From Symbiobacterium thermophilum (lineage in GTDB: Bacteria > Bacillota > Sulfobacillia > DYFQ01), in the NCBI GenBank assembly GCA_020725105.1, contig DYFQ01000007.1:2106-66105 (forward strand): a stretch of 64,000 nucleotides of DNA, read 5' to 3'. Positions 1-8,245 of this stretch are shown here, in pieces. The number at the start of each line of letters is the position of its first letter. Within the stretch, counting starts at the first letter, position 1. Below the pieces are notes generated by a model that saw only the letters and a list, made by a program, of their open reading frames with translations, searched no databases and was not told the DNA's origin. The position numbers were made by a program, and so were the translations under genes.

Positions 1-867
1 TTGGCGAGAAGCTGAGGCTGGGTCCCGACGGCCGGCCACCGGAGCCCTTGGGGCGGGGCGGCAAGGACAAAAAGCTCCCCGACGGCCTGGAGATCAAAGA
101 GGTCATCGTGGGACCGGGGAGCCCGGCCCGCCGGAGGTTTGTGATTGTGCTGAACCCCGAGGAGGCAGAGCGGGACCACAAAAAGCGCGAGTCCATCCTC
201 CAAGAGCTCAAAAAGCGCCTGGCGGAACTCGAGCAACTGGACGCCCAGGCCCACACCAAGGCCGTCTGCTGGTTGCGGGCGCACGAGACGTTTGGGCGGT
301 ATCTGCGTCAGGGCCGCGGGGGGCGGCTGGTCATCGACCGGCAGAAGGTCCAAAGAGAGGCCAGGCTTGACGGGAAGTTTCTGGTCTCAAGCTCCGACGA
401 CTTTCTTTCTGCCGAGGACCTGGCGTACGGCTACAAGCAACTGTGGCAGATCAAGCGGATCCACCGGGACCTGAAACACGTGGTCGACATCCGGCCCGTG
501 CATCACCGCCTGGAGGACCGGATCCGCTCCCACGTGCTTTTGTGCTGGCTGGCGCTGTTACTCATCCGGGTGGCCGAGAACGAAACCGGCCGCACCTGGC
601 AGCAGATAAAGAAGCTCACCTCAGCCATTGACGTGGGTCACCACCGCACCGTAAACGGCGAGGTCTCGCAGGTCCGGCCGCTTGGGACCGAGCAGAAGGA
701 CCTGTTCAGAGCCCTCGAGCTCGAACCCCCGCCGCGCTATCTCAAGATCCAACCCCGCAGCCCAAAGCCCGCGTAGGCAAAACGGTTTTGCGTCGTCGAG
801 CCCCCGGAAATGGCGTCACGTCGGCCTTTTTGCCTTATCGTTTTGCTGCGCGACTGTTCAACAGCGG
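1..867 (+). mobile_element. IS1634-family-like insertion sequence, right portion (left end lies outside the window)
   Basis: Transposase C-terminus (next feature). Candidate right terminal repeat CTGTTCAACAGCGG at about 854-867; it cannot be confirmed without the left end. Confidence 0.7.
3..776 (+). CDS. IS1634-family DDE transposase, 5'-truncated by the window, possibly inactive
   Basis: Frame is open from position 3. Motifs EARLDGKFLVSS, YKQLWQI(K)RIHRDLK and IRPVHHRLEDRIRSHVLLCWLALLL are typical of IS1634/IS4-like transposases. Confidence 0.8.
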   Translation, partial: GEKLRLGPDGRPPEPLGRGGKDKKLPDGLEIKEVIVGPGSPARRRFVIVLNPEEAERDHKKRESILQELKKRLAELEQLDAQAHTKAVCWLRAHETFGRYLRQGRGGRLVIDRQKVQREARLDGKFLVSSSDDFLSAEDLAYGYKQLWQIKRIHRDLKHVVDIRPVHHRLEDRIRSHVLLCWLALLLIRVAENETGRTWQQIKKLTSAIDVGHHRTVNGEVSQVRPLGTEQKDLFRALELEPPPRYLKIQPRSPKPA

Positions 868-1159
868 TCGTAGACCGGGGCGAAGAACGGGACCTCCGAA
901 AGAATGATCTCGCCCTTGAGCCCGTCGGTGGAGGAGATGAAGACCAGGTCGCCGGGCACAGGGCCGAAGGCCGCGGCGACGTGGAACGTCTCGCCGGCAG
1001 CCGACGGCTCGCCCTGGCTCTTGAGGCGGAAATCGATGGTCTTGGTCCCCACCACGAGCCTGGCCACCGTGTGCAGCTCGTCGGCCGGGGCACACCAGAC
1101 CGTCAGGCACTCCTGAATACCCTTACAATTGCAGCGCCGGTATCTGTATTATGTTCTGT

Positions 1160-1543
1160 TCACATTATCTCATCGTCCACAAGTTCGACTTCAAATTGGT
1201 TAAGTTTAGCCCTCAGTTCGCTTCCCCTGACGAATTCAAAGGTTAGGACTCCCTCATTGCTTGCATATTTGACCGAGATAATATCATCTTCGACATCCTT
1301 CATGGCGCAATAAAGATCTATCACGTTGCGAATGATAATCCTGGATCGCATCCGTGTTCTTCGATGACCAAAAAACCGTGCCCTCCTATGCGAAAGGGAC
1401 ACTGCTTCTCTTTCGATCTTCACGGTCAACCTTCGCAGGTCAGGCTCAAAAGTCAAGGCCTCTCGCTCTACCAGCGCGTCGTGGCAGAAATCATTAATGA
1501 CATCTAATTCGGACTCTAGGTTAGCAGCCCGCAGAATGACCAT
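1160..1543 (-). CDS. Hypothetical 127-aa protein, putative immunity protein
   Basis: Visibly AT-richer than the flanks, has a GGGGG RBS, and lies directly downstream of an RHS C-terminal fragment. Confidence 0.6.
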   Translation of the reverse strand: MVILRAANLESELDVINDFCHDALVEREALTFEPDLRRLTVKIEREAVSLSHRRARFFGHRRTRMRSRIIIRNVIDLYCAMKDVEDDIISVKYASNEGVLTFEFVRGSELRAKLNQFEVELVDDEIM

Positions 1544-1565
1544 TATTGTTAGTTCCCCCCGCCCA

Positions 1566-1922
1566 TTACCTTAACTTATCGCCAAGGCGAATCCGAACGG
1601 CTTTACCTGACCCGCGGACGCCCTTCATCCAGATATTAACTTGGACGTGCGCTAGTTTCCCAAACCGCCCAAAGGTATGATGAGCGCCGTGAATCCCCAC
1701 TCTTATGCCGCCGCCAACTGCAAGATGGCCGAGTACCGCCCCTGCGGCCATCCCCACTAGAGCACCACCGGTAACAGCGGCAACCGTGCCGAATGTCCCC
1801 CAGCCACGCGATTGCGCCAACCTGTACCCAGCGTACGCACCCACTGCTGCCCCGACGACAGCCGTAGCTGCCTGTACCCAACGTCCGTCCGGCTCGATGT
1901 ACGCTGGCGGCCTCCCAGCGCA
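1566..1922 (-). pseudogene. Orphan RHS core end plus C-terminal toxin-like domain
   Basis: CAGRPPAYIEPDG resembles the RHS core terminus (NPxxxxDPxG). It is followed by a Gly/Ala-rich hydrophobic segment and a short His-rich tip. No credible start codon. Confidence 0.65.
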
Positions 1923-1970
1923 GCTGGGCGGCGGTCGAGCACGTGGACGGTTCAGGCGCGGTCGTGCTGC

Positions 1971-2177
1971 GCCAGGAACAACCGCCTCACCCGCCAGGTG
2001 ACGCCCTGGGGCACGGCGGTCACCTACGGCTACCTCAAGGCGATCCAGGCCCAGGTCGGCCACTCGACCGCGGGCATGACCCTCGACACTTATGGCCACC
2101 TGTTGCCCGGCGGCCAGAAGGAAGCGGCCGCGAGGATGAACCAGATCCTCGCGGCCCTCAAGCGGCGGCCCGAGTAG
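1971..2177 (+). pseudogene. YD-repeat-like fragment fused to a tyrosine-integrase C-terminal remnant
   Basis: ARNNRLTRQVTPWGTAVTYGY (YD-like) runs into LKAIQAQVGHSTAGMTLDTYGHLLPG, the integrase box II with the catalytic Tyr. It sits about 140 nt from the tRNA 3' end. Confidence 0.7.
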
Positions 2178-2313
2178 GGCCCTCCGCATCCAACGATTCG
2201 GGCGGTGCTTCGCTCCCGCCCGTTACTTTTTCCGCCGCCCTCCGATTGCTATACGTGTGCTATACGTCGGGGTTTTCTGAGGCGACGGCTTCGCAAACTC
2301 CCTGCTATCTCTG

Positions 2314-2387
2314 TCGGAGCGCCGGGATTTGAACCCGGGACCTCGTGAACCCCATTCACGCGCGCTACCAAGCTGCGCCACGCCCCG
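2314..2387 (-). tRNA. tRNA-Pro(GGG), no encoded CCA
   Basis: Cloverleaf CGGGGCG...CGCTCCG-A, anticodon arm CGTGA-ATGGGGT-TCACG, T-loop GGTTCAAATCC. Confidence 0.95.
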
Positions 2388-2455
2388 ACGGGTGAGCCGC
2401 GCGGCGGCGGCCTTTCCGGGCCGGCCGCCAGTGCGCTATGCTTGACCGCAGGAGC

Positions 2456-2485
2456 ATTATAACACCCGACCGACGGCCGGTTCAA
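2456..2485 (-). promoter_or_regulatory. SigA-type promoter for tRNA-Pro(GGG)
   Basis: TTGAAC-18 nt-TATAAT with a TG extended -10. Confidence 0.65.
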
Positions 2486-2531
2486 CCGCGGTGGTCCGCC
2501 ACCGGCCGCCGTCAGGAGGCGGGGAGGGAGT

Positions 2532-3275
2532 ATGCCGGGAAGCAACGCCGGGTCCTGGCGCGGCTGGCGGCACGTGACCAAGCTGGATCCCGACCGGCCG
2601 GTGAGCGACGCGGCCCTCGAACGGCTGGCGGCGAGCGGCACCGACGCGCTCGTGCTCGGCGGGACCGGTGGGCTGACGGAAGAAAAAGTGCTGAACCTGC
2701 TGGGACGGGTGCGGCCGCTGGGGCTGCCGGTGGCCATCGAGGTCGCGTCGCCGGCCTGCCTGCTTCCCGGTGCCGACTGGTATCTCGTGCCCGTGGTGCT
2801 GAACGCCGGCGACCCGTGGTGGCTGGCGGGAGCCCACGTCGACGCCCTCCGGCGCCTGCTCGCTCTGGGCGTCGACTTTGACTGGCCCCGGGTGCTCAGC
2901 GAAGGTTACCTGGTGCAGAACCCCGCGTCGGCGGTGGCCCGCCTGACCGGCGCCCGGCCAGCGGCAACCAGCCGGGAAGCCGAGAGCTATGCCCTGCTGG
3001 CGGAACGCGTCTACCACCTGCCCATTTTCTACGTGGAGTACAGCGGCAGCTTCGGCGACCCCGAACTGGTCCGGGCGGCCGGCCGGCAACTGGCGGGCGC
3101 ACGCCTGTTCTACGGCGGCGGCGTTGACTCCGAAGAGCGGGCGGCGGCCGTGGCGGCCGTCGCCCACACCGTGGTGGTAGGCAATGCCCTTTACAGCCAC
3201 GGTCCGGAAGGCGTGGCCGCGACCGTTCGGGGGGTCCGGCGGGTGGCCGCTCCGGCGCGCGGCGGGACCGACTAG
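2532..3275 (+). CDS. pcrB: Heptaprenylglyceryl phosphate synthase
   Basis: WRHVTKLDPD, LGGTGG, YVEYSG, LFYGGGV and VVVGN motifs; GGAGGGAG RBS. Confidence 0.9.
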   Translation: MPGSNAGSWRGWRHVTKLDPDRPVSDAALERLAASGTDALVLGGTGGLTEEKVLNLLGRVRPLGLPVAIEVASPACLLPGADWYLVPVVLNAGDPWWLAGAHVDALRRLLALGVDFDWPRVLSEGYLVQNPASAVARLTGARPAATSREAESYALLAERVYHLPIFYVEYSGSFGDPELVRAAGRQLAGARLFYGGGVDSEERAAAVAAVAHTVVVGNALYSHGPEGVAATVRGVRRVAAPARGGTD

Positions 3276-5092
3276 CTCCGGGCGGCCCGGCGCGCGGCGC
3301 GGCGCACCTGTGCCCGCCTGGCGAACCAGAGGCCGATAAACGTCAGGCTCAGCCCGACGAAGCCCGTGCCCGCCGCCATGGCGGTCCAGCCGAGCCAGGT
3401 GACGGTGCCGCCGCTGGCCTCCAGCACCGCCGGCGAACCTGCCGCCAGCAGCAGGCTGGCCGCCCGCCGGCCGGGGTCCACGGCGCCGGTGGCGCGGCGG
3501 ATGGGCCACGGGGTCTTGACCTCCACGACCACCCGCAGCCTGTCGCGGACCGGGTCGACCAGCGCCCGGACCAGGTCCTGCTCGATGGCGCGGCCTCCGG
3601 ACGCCCGGCCCAGCCGGGCGACCGCCGCGGGGCCGAGCGCCGCCAGGACCGTCTCCCGGGCCCAGCTCTCGAGCCATGCTCCCGGATCGGGTACCGCGCG
3701 GCGGTACTCGAAGCTTCGGAAGAAGGGCGCGGCCGCCACGCGAACCTCTCCGCGGCCGAAGATGGCCGGGTCCGGCGCCCCCGGCTCGGCCGGCAAGCGG
3801 GTTTCCTGCCGGAGTCTCCCGTCGGCCTCGATCGCTTCGCGCAGAACCAACGGCTCGTCTGCTACCGTCAAGGGCGGCACCAGCCGTAACAGGCTTTTCA
3901 CGGCGGCTCGGCGAGCGCCCGGGTCATCCGGTCCCGCGAACACCCGCAGGGCCATGTCTACCATTTGTGGCGGGGTGACGAACCACCAGTCCCCGGCTGC
4001 CTCGGGGTGGGACCCCAGGTACTCGCCGGCCGCCTCCAGGAAGGCCACGGCGTGGCCCGGCTCGCCGGACCAGTGCGCCGCCTGCCAGAGGAACCGCACC
4101 CGTTCCCGGGCGAGGGCCGGGTCGGCCGGGGCCGTGGCGCGGGCCCGTTCGTGGGCCGCCACGCCGGCCTGGATCGCCCGGCCCACCCGGTCCGGGTCGA
4201 CCCGGCGGGGCGGGAACAGGTCGGGGTCCAGGGACGCCACGGCTTCCATCAGGGCGGCGCGGGCCGCCGCCAGGTTCTCCAGGTCGGGGGTCGGGTCCGC
4301 GAACCGCCGCTCGGCCTCATCCAGGGCATCCCGGAAAAAAGTGTTGGCGAGGTAAAGCTCCAGGTCAAAGTCGGGTTCCAGGTCTCGCCACGCCCACTCC
4401 AGCGCCTGGCCGGTCCAGCGGAAGCCGGGGGTGGTGCCGGCCCGGACCAGGTCGGGACCCAGGGCGGCGTCGGAGGTCACCCGGACCGTCACCTCGCCGA
4501 TGGTCCCCGCCCAGTGGCGGCCCGTCGCCAGCACGTAGTAGAAGCGGAGGTCGCCCCACGGCCGGCCGGTCTCCACGGCGAGCCAGTAGCGCACCTCCAG
4601 GGTCACCGGCCGGCCGCCCGCCAGTTCCAGGTCCCAGACCGCCCAGCGCTCTTCGAACCGCTCGCCCTCCCAGGTGACGCTCACCTTCTCCTCGCGGTGG
4701 GGAAGCCGGCGCCCCTGATCGCCATCCACGACCGATACGGTGAAGTCGCGGAGGGACGCCGCCCAGAGGAGCCGGCCCGAACTGGCGCTGGGGCCGAGGG
4801 GAAACCCGATCAGGATCCGCTCGTCGGCCCCGACGATCAGACGGAAGCGGGCCGCGACGTCGGCCCGGTAGCCAACGGGAAAGTCCTCTGCTCCGGGGCT
4901 ACGCCGGAAGTGGGCGTGGACCTCGGCCGTCTGCATGCGTACGCCGGTCGTGTCCCGCGGCTCCAGGATGCGTCCCACGGCGTGAAGGGGGGCGGCGTCG
5001 GCGGCCACCGTCCGGCCGGGAGTAAGGCCAAGGGCCGCCACCAGCAGGGCGGTGAAGAGCTTGGGTAGCCACGGCCGCACGGTCGTCGTCAC
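3272..5092 (-). CDS. Exported, C-terminally anchored protein with a DUF4424-like N-terminal domain
   Basis: Signal peptide, IGFP and YVLATGRHWAGTIG motifs, C-terminal TM helix followed by a basic tail. Confidence 0.6.
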   Translation of the reverse strand: MTTTVRPWLPKLFTALLVAALGLTPGRTVAADAAPLHAVGRILEPRDTTGVRMQTAEVHAHFRRSPGAEDFPVGYRADVAARFRLIVGADERILIGFPLGPSASSGRLLWAASLRDFTVSVVDGDQGRRLPHREEKVSVTWEGERFEERWAVWDLELAGGRPVTLEVRYWLAVETGRPWGDLRFYYVLATGRHWAGTIGEVTVRVTSDAALGPDLVRAGTTPGFRWTGQALEWAWRDLEPDFDLELYLANTFFRDALDEAERRFADPTPDLENLAAARAALMEAVASLDPDLFPPRRVDPDRVGRAIQAGVAAHERARATAPADPALARERVRFLWQAAHWSGEPGHAVAFLEAAGEYLGSHPEAAGDWWFVTPPQMVDMALRVFAGPDDPGARRAAVKSLLRLVPPLTVADEPLVLREAIEADGRLRQETRLPAEPGAPDPAIFGRGEVRVAAAPFFRSFEYRRAVPDPGAWLESWARETVLAALGPAAVARLGRASGGRAIEQDLVRALVDPVRDRLRVVVEVKTPWPIRRATGAVDPGRRAASLLLAAGSPAVLEASGGTVTWLGWTAMAAGTGFVGLSLTFIGLWFARRAQVRRAARRAARS

Positions 5093-5098
5093 CTCAGC

Positions 5099-5222
5099 CC
5101 GCCTGGAGACGCAGGTCTAGCTCGTCGGGTTCCTTCAGCGGAACGCAAAGGGCACCCCGGACGCTGCCGGAGGCCGGGTTCCCCACGAACGGCCCGGTTC
5201 CCTGCGCCGGGACCGGTCAGCG
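5099..5222 (-). ncRNA. c-di-AMP (ydaO/yuaA)-like riboswitch, variant or degenerate
   Basis: Ordered elements CGCU-GA-hairpin-CGCAG-GGAAC...GGGG-hairpin-hairpin-AACCC-GACGAGCUAGAC-CUGCG...AGGCG, ending just before the start codon at 5092. Confidence 0.45.
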
Positions 5223-5278
5223 TCCCGTCGGCCGGGGTGGAGGAGTCGCGGCCGGCGCGTCGAAAACGCCAGCGGTGT

Positions 5279-5302
5279 TGTGAACAAAACTGTGTACAAA
5301 AC
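5279..5302 (+). repeat. 12-bp tandem direct repeat, DnaA-box-like
   Basis: TGTGAACAAAAC followed by TGTGTACAAAAC, just upstream of the RBS. Confidence 0.7.
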
Positions 5303-5316
5303 GGGGGTGGAGGACA

Positions 5317-6576
5317 ATGGAGCGCGACCCCGACGCCTTCGCCGACGACATCATCGCCCGCTACGGACGCCACATCAGTTCGTCCATGGCCCGGCTGTAC
5401 CGGTTCATGGGCCTGGCGACGGTGGAGTGGGGGGGCCAGGGAGCCGTCTGCACCGACGTTCACGGCCGGGAGTACCTGGACTTCAACGGCTGCAACGGCA
5501 CCCTCTTCCACGGTCGCCGCCATCCGCGGGTTATCGCCGCCGTCAGGGAACAGCTGGACCGGCTGACCATCACCAGCCGCCTCTTCGCCCATCAACCCGG
5601 CGTCGAACTGGCGACGCTGCTGGCGGAAGTCTCGCCGGGCGACCTGCAGTACTCCTTCTTCTGCAACAGCGGCGCCGAGGCGGTGGAGGGGGCGATGAAG
5701 CTCGCCCGGGTCTATACCGGGCGGCCGGAGATCATCGCCGCCCAGAACGCCTTTCACGGCAAGACCTTCGGGGCGCTGTCGGCGACGGCCCGCGAGCTGT
5801 TCCGCGCGCCCTTCGAACCGCTGCTCCCGGGAGTCCGCCACGTGCCCTACGGCGACGCCGGCGCCCTGGAGGCGGCCATCACCGACCGGACGGCGGCGGT
5901 GCTCCTCGAACCGGTCCAGGGCGAGGGCGGGGTCATCGTGCCGCCGGGAGACTACCTGCCGGCCGTCCGCGAACTGTGTGACCGCCGGGGCGTGCTGCTG
6001 ATCCTGGACGAGGTCCAGGCCGGTCTGGGGCGCACGGGCCGCCTGTTCTGTTCGGAGCACTGGGGCCTGGCTCCCGACATCGTCACGCTGGGGAAGATCC
6101 TTGGTGGCGGGGTCATGCCCGTCGGCGCCTTCATGGCCCGGGCCGACGTGTTCCGGCCCTTTGACGAGAACCCCTACATCCACTCGTCCACCTTTGGCGG
6201 GAACCCCCTGGCCTCCGCCGCCGCCCTGGCGGCGCTCCAGGCCACGCTGGAGGAAGGCCTGGCCGAGCAGGCGGCGGAGAAGGGGGCCTTTCTCAGGGCG
6301 GGACTGGAGCAGGTCCGCCGCGACCACCCCGACGTCATCCGCGAGGTCCGCGGCCTGGGTCTCATGATCGGGATCGAGCTACACCGGGAGGGCCTGGGCG
6401 GCGTCATCATCGCCGACATCGTGGCCAACGGGCTCCTGGCCATCCATTCCCTGGCCAACGAACGGGTGCTCAGGTTCTTGCCGCCGGCGGTGGTCACCCG
6501 GGAGCAGATGGACCGGGCGCTGGAGATCTTTGCCGCCGCCGTCGCCAGGGCCGAAGCCGTGCTGGCGGACGTCTGA
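5317..6576 (+). CDS. Class III PLP-dependent aminotransferase (putrescine/acetylornithine aminotransferase-like)
   Basis: NSGAEAVEGAMKLAR, FHGKT, EPVQGEGG, DEVQAGLGRTG, TLGK and STFGGNP motifs. Confidence 0.9.
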   Translation: MERDPDAFADDIIARYGRHISSSMARLYRFMGLATVEWGGQGAVCTDVHGREYLDFNGCNGTLFHGRRHPRVIAAVREQLDRLTITSRLFAHQPGVELATLLAEVSPGDLQYSFFCNSGAEAVEGAMKLARVYTGRPEIIAAQNAFHGKTFGALSATARELFRAPFEPLLPGVRHVPYGDAGALEAAITDRTAAVLLEPVQGEGGVIVPPGDYLPAVRELCDRRGVLLILDEVQAGLGRTGRLFCSEHWGLAPDIVTLGKILGGGVMPVGAFMARADVFRPFDENPYIHSSTFGGNPLASAAALAALQATLEEGLAEQAAEKGAFLRAGLEQVRRDHPDVIREVRGLGLMIGIELHREGLGGVIIADIVANGLLAIHSLANERVLRFLPPAVVTREQMDRALEIFAAAVARAEAVLADV

Positions 6577-6590
6577 AGGGAGGAGCGAGC

Positions 6591-7043
6591 GTGCCCTACG
6601 TCGAGGTTTCCAAGCTCATCCGGGGTCCCGTCGAGAGCGTGTACCGCCTTGCGTCGGACATGGAGGCATACCCCCGGTTCATGGAGGACGTGCTCAGCGT
6701 CACCGTGCTGGAACGGCGCGACCGGGCCACGGTGACCGAGTGGGTGACCCGGCTGGAGGGCCGGATTCTCAAGTGGAAGGAACTCGACGAGTTTGACGAG
6801 GCCAACTGGCGGATCCGCTACCGCCAGCTTGAGGGCGACCTGAAGAAGTTCGAAGGCGAGTGGGTGATGCGGGAGACGCCGGACGGCACCCAGGTCACCC
6901 TGACCGTAGACTTCGAACTCGGCATCCCCATGTTTGCCGCGCTCCTGAACCCCATCGCGAAGCTGAAAGTTCGCCAGAACTGCGAGTCCATGCTGGAGGC
7001 GATGCGCCGGCAGGTGGAGGAGGGCGGGGCCGGGGCACCCTAA
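6591..7043 (+). CDS. SRPBCC/START (polyketide cyclase/aromatase-like) protein
   Basis: DMEAYPRFM and GDLKKFEGEW motifs; AGGAG RBS. Confidence 0.85.
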   Translation: MPYVEVSKLIRGPVESVYRLASDMEAYPRFMEDVLSVTVLERRDRATVTEWVTRLEGRILKWKELDEFDEANWRIRYRQLEGDLKKFEGEWVMRETPDGTQVTLTVDFELGIPMFAALLNPIAKLKVRQNCESMLEAMRRQVEEGGAGAP

Positions 7044-7051
7044 GGGCCGGG

Positions 7052-8245
7052 ATGGAATCACCGGCCATCGACGACCCAGACCCGATCAACCCGGCCCGGG
7101 TGCTGCTGCTGGCCAGACCGGCCGCGGGCGGCATGCGGACCCACCTCCAGACCCTGCTCCGCGGTCTGGCGCGGCACGGGGTGGAGGCCTGGCTTGCCGG
7201 TCCGGGCGACGAGCCCCTGGCGCCGGCCAGGACCGTGCCGCTGCCCGTCACCGACGGGGTGAGACCCCTCGACGACGCGCGCTGCGTCTGGTTGCTGGCG
7301 AGCGCCGTCAGGCGGGTGGCTCCCGCGGTAGTGCACGCCCACGGCTTGAAGGCGGCGCTCCTGGCCGCCGCCGGCCGGCCGGCCTGGCCCGCCGCGGGGC
7401 TGGTGGTCACGGTGCACGGCGCCGCCACCCTGGGGGCCAGCCCCGACGGCCGGCCCGGGCGCCTGGCGCGGAGCGTGGAGCGGTGGGCACTGGCCTCCGC
7501 CGACCGGGTGATCGCCGTTTCCACCGCCGTGAGCGAGCAACTCCAGGACTCCTTCGGCGTGCCTCCCGGCCGCATCGCCGTCATTCCCAACGGCATCGAA
7601 CCGGCGCCGGCTGACTCGGCCCTGGCGTCCAGCTGGCGCTCCGGCGCCCGGCGGGAACTCGGGCTGGCGCCCCAGACGCCGCTGGTGGGGTTTGTCGGCC
7701 GGCTGGCTCCTCACAAAGGAGTTCCCGTCTTTCTGGAGGCCGCTTCGCTGGTCGCCATGGCCAGACCCCGGACGGCGTTTCTGGTGGCCGGCGACGGCCC
7801 GCTACGGCCCGCCGTCCTCGAGGCCGCCGGCCGGCCGGAACTCCGGGGTCGCCTCCAATGGCTCGGGTTTCGCGTCGACGTGCCGCGGTTGATGGCCGCC
7901 CTGGACCTGGTGGGCTTTCCCTCGCTGCAGGAAGGGTTCTCCCTGGTGGCCCTGGAGGCCATGGCCGCCGGCCGCCCCGTGGTGGCCAGCCGGGTGGGCG
8001 GCCTCACGGAGGTGCTGGGCGAGGATGATGCCGCCGGGCCGGCCGGGCTGCTGGTCAAACCCGGCGACCCGGTGGCCCTGGCCGACGCCCTGGTCCGCCT
8101 GCTCCAGCACCCCGGCCTGGCCGCCGCCCTGGGGGAACGCGGCCGCGAACGGGCCCCCAGCTTCGGGGCCGAGCGAATGGTCCGGGCCATCCTTGAGGCA
8201 TACCGCGTCGCGGGCCGGGGTTCACCGCGCCATGGCCGGGGCTGA
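7052..8245 (+). CDS. Glycosyltransferase family 4
   Basis: GGMRTH, VHAHG, VIPNGI, GRLAPHKG and EGFSLVALEAMAAGRPVV motifs. Confidence 0.9.
   Translation: MESPAIDDPDPINPARVLLLARPAAGGMRTHLQTLLRGLARHGVEAWLAGPGDEPLAPARTVPLPVTDGVRPLDDARCVWLLASAVRRVAPAVVHAHGLKAALLAAAGRPAWPAAGLVVTVHGAATLGASPDGRPGRLARSVERWALASADRVIAVSTAVSEQLQDSFGVPPGRIAVIPNGIEPAPADSALASSWRSGARRELGLAPQTPLVGFVGRLAPHKGVPVFLEAASLVAMARPRTAFLVAGDGPLRPAVLEAAGRPELRGRLQWLGFRVDVPRLMAALDLVGFPSLQEGFSLVALEAMAAGRPVVASRVGGLTEVLGEDDAAGPAGLLVKPGDPVALADALVRLLQHPGLAAALGERGRERAPSFGAERMVRAILEAYRVAGRGSPRHGRG

Noticed and set aside
1566..2189. 207-aa minus-strand ORF as one gene
   Set aside because: Its N-terminal half is the antisense of the integrase and YD remnants; only 1566-1922 looks coding.
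5125..5175. c-di-GMP-I (GEMM)-like ACGCAAAG on the plus strand
   Set aside because: The GGCAAA P1 bulge and GNRA loop context are missing; the minus-strand fold explains the region better.
5278..5299. Rex operator (TTGTGAA...)
   Set aside because: Only one half-site matches, and the spacing does not fit TTGTGAA-N4-TTCACAA.
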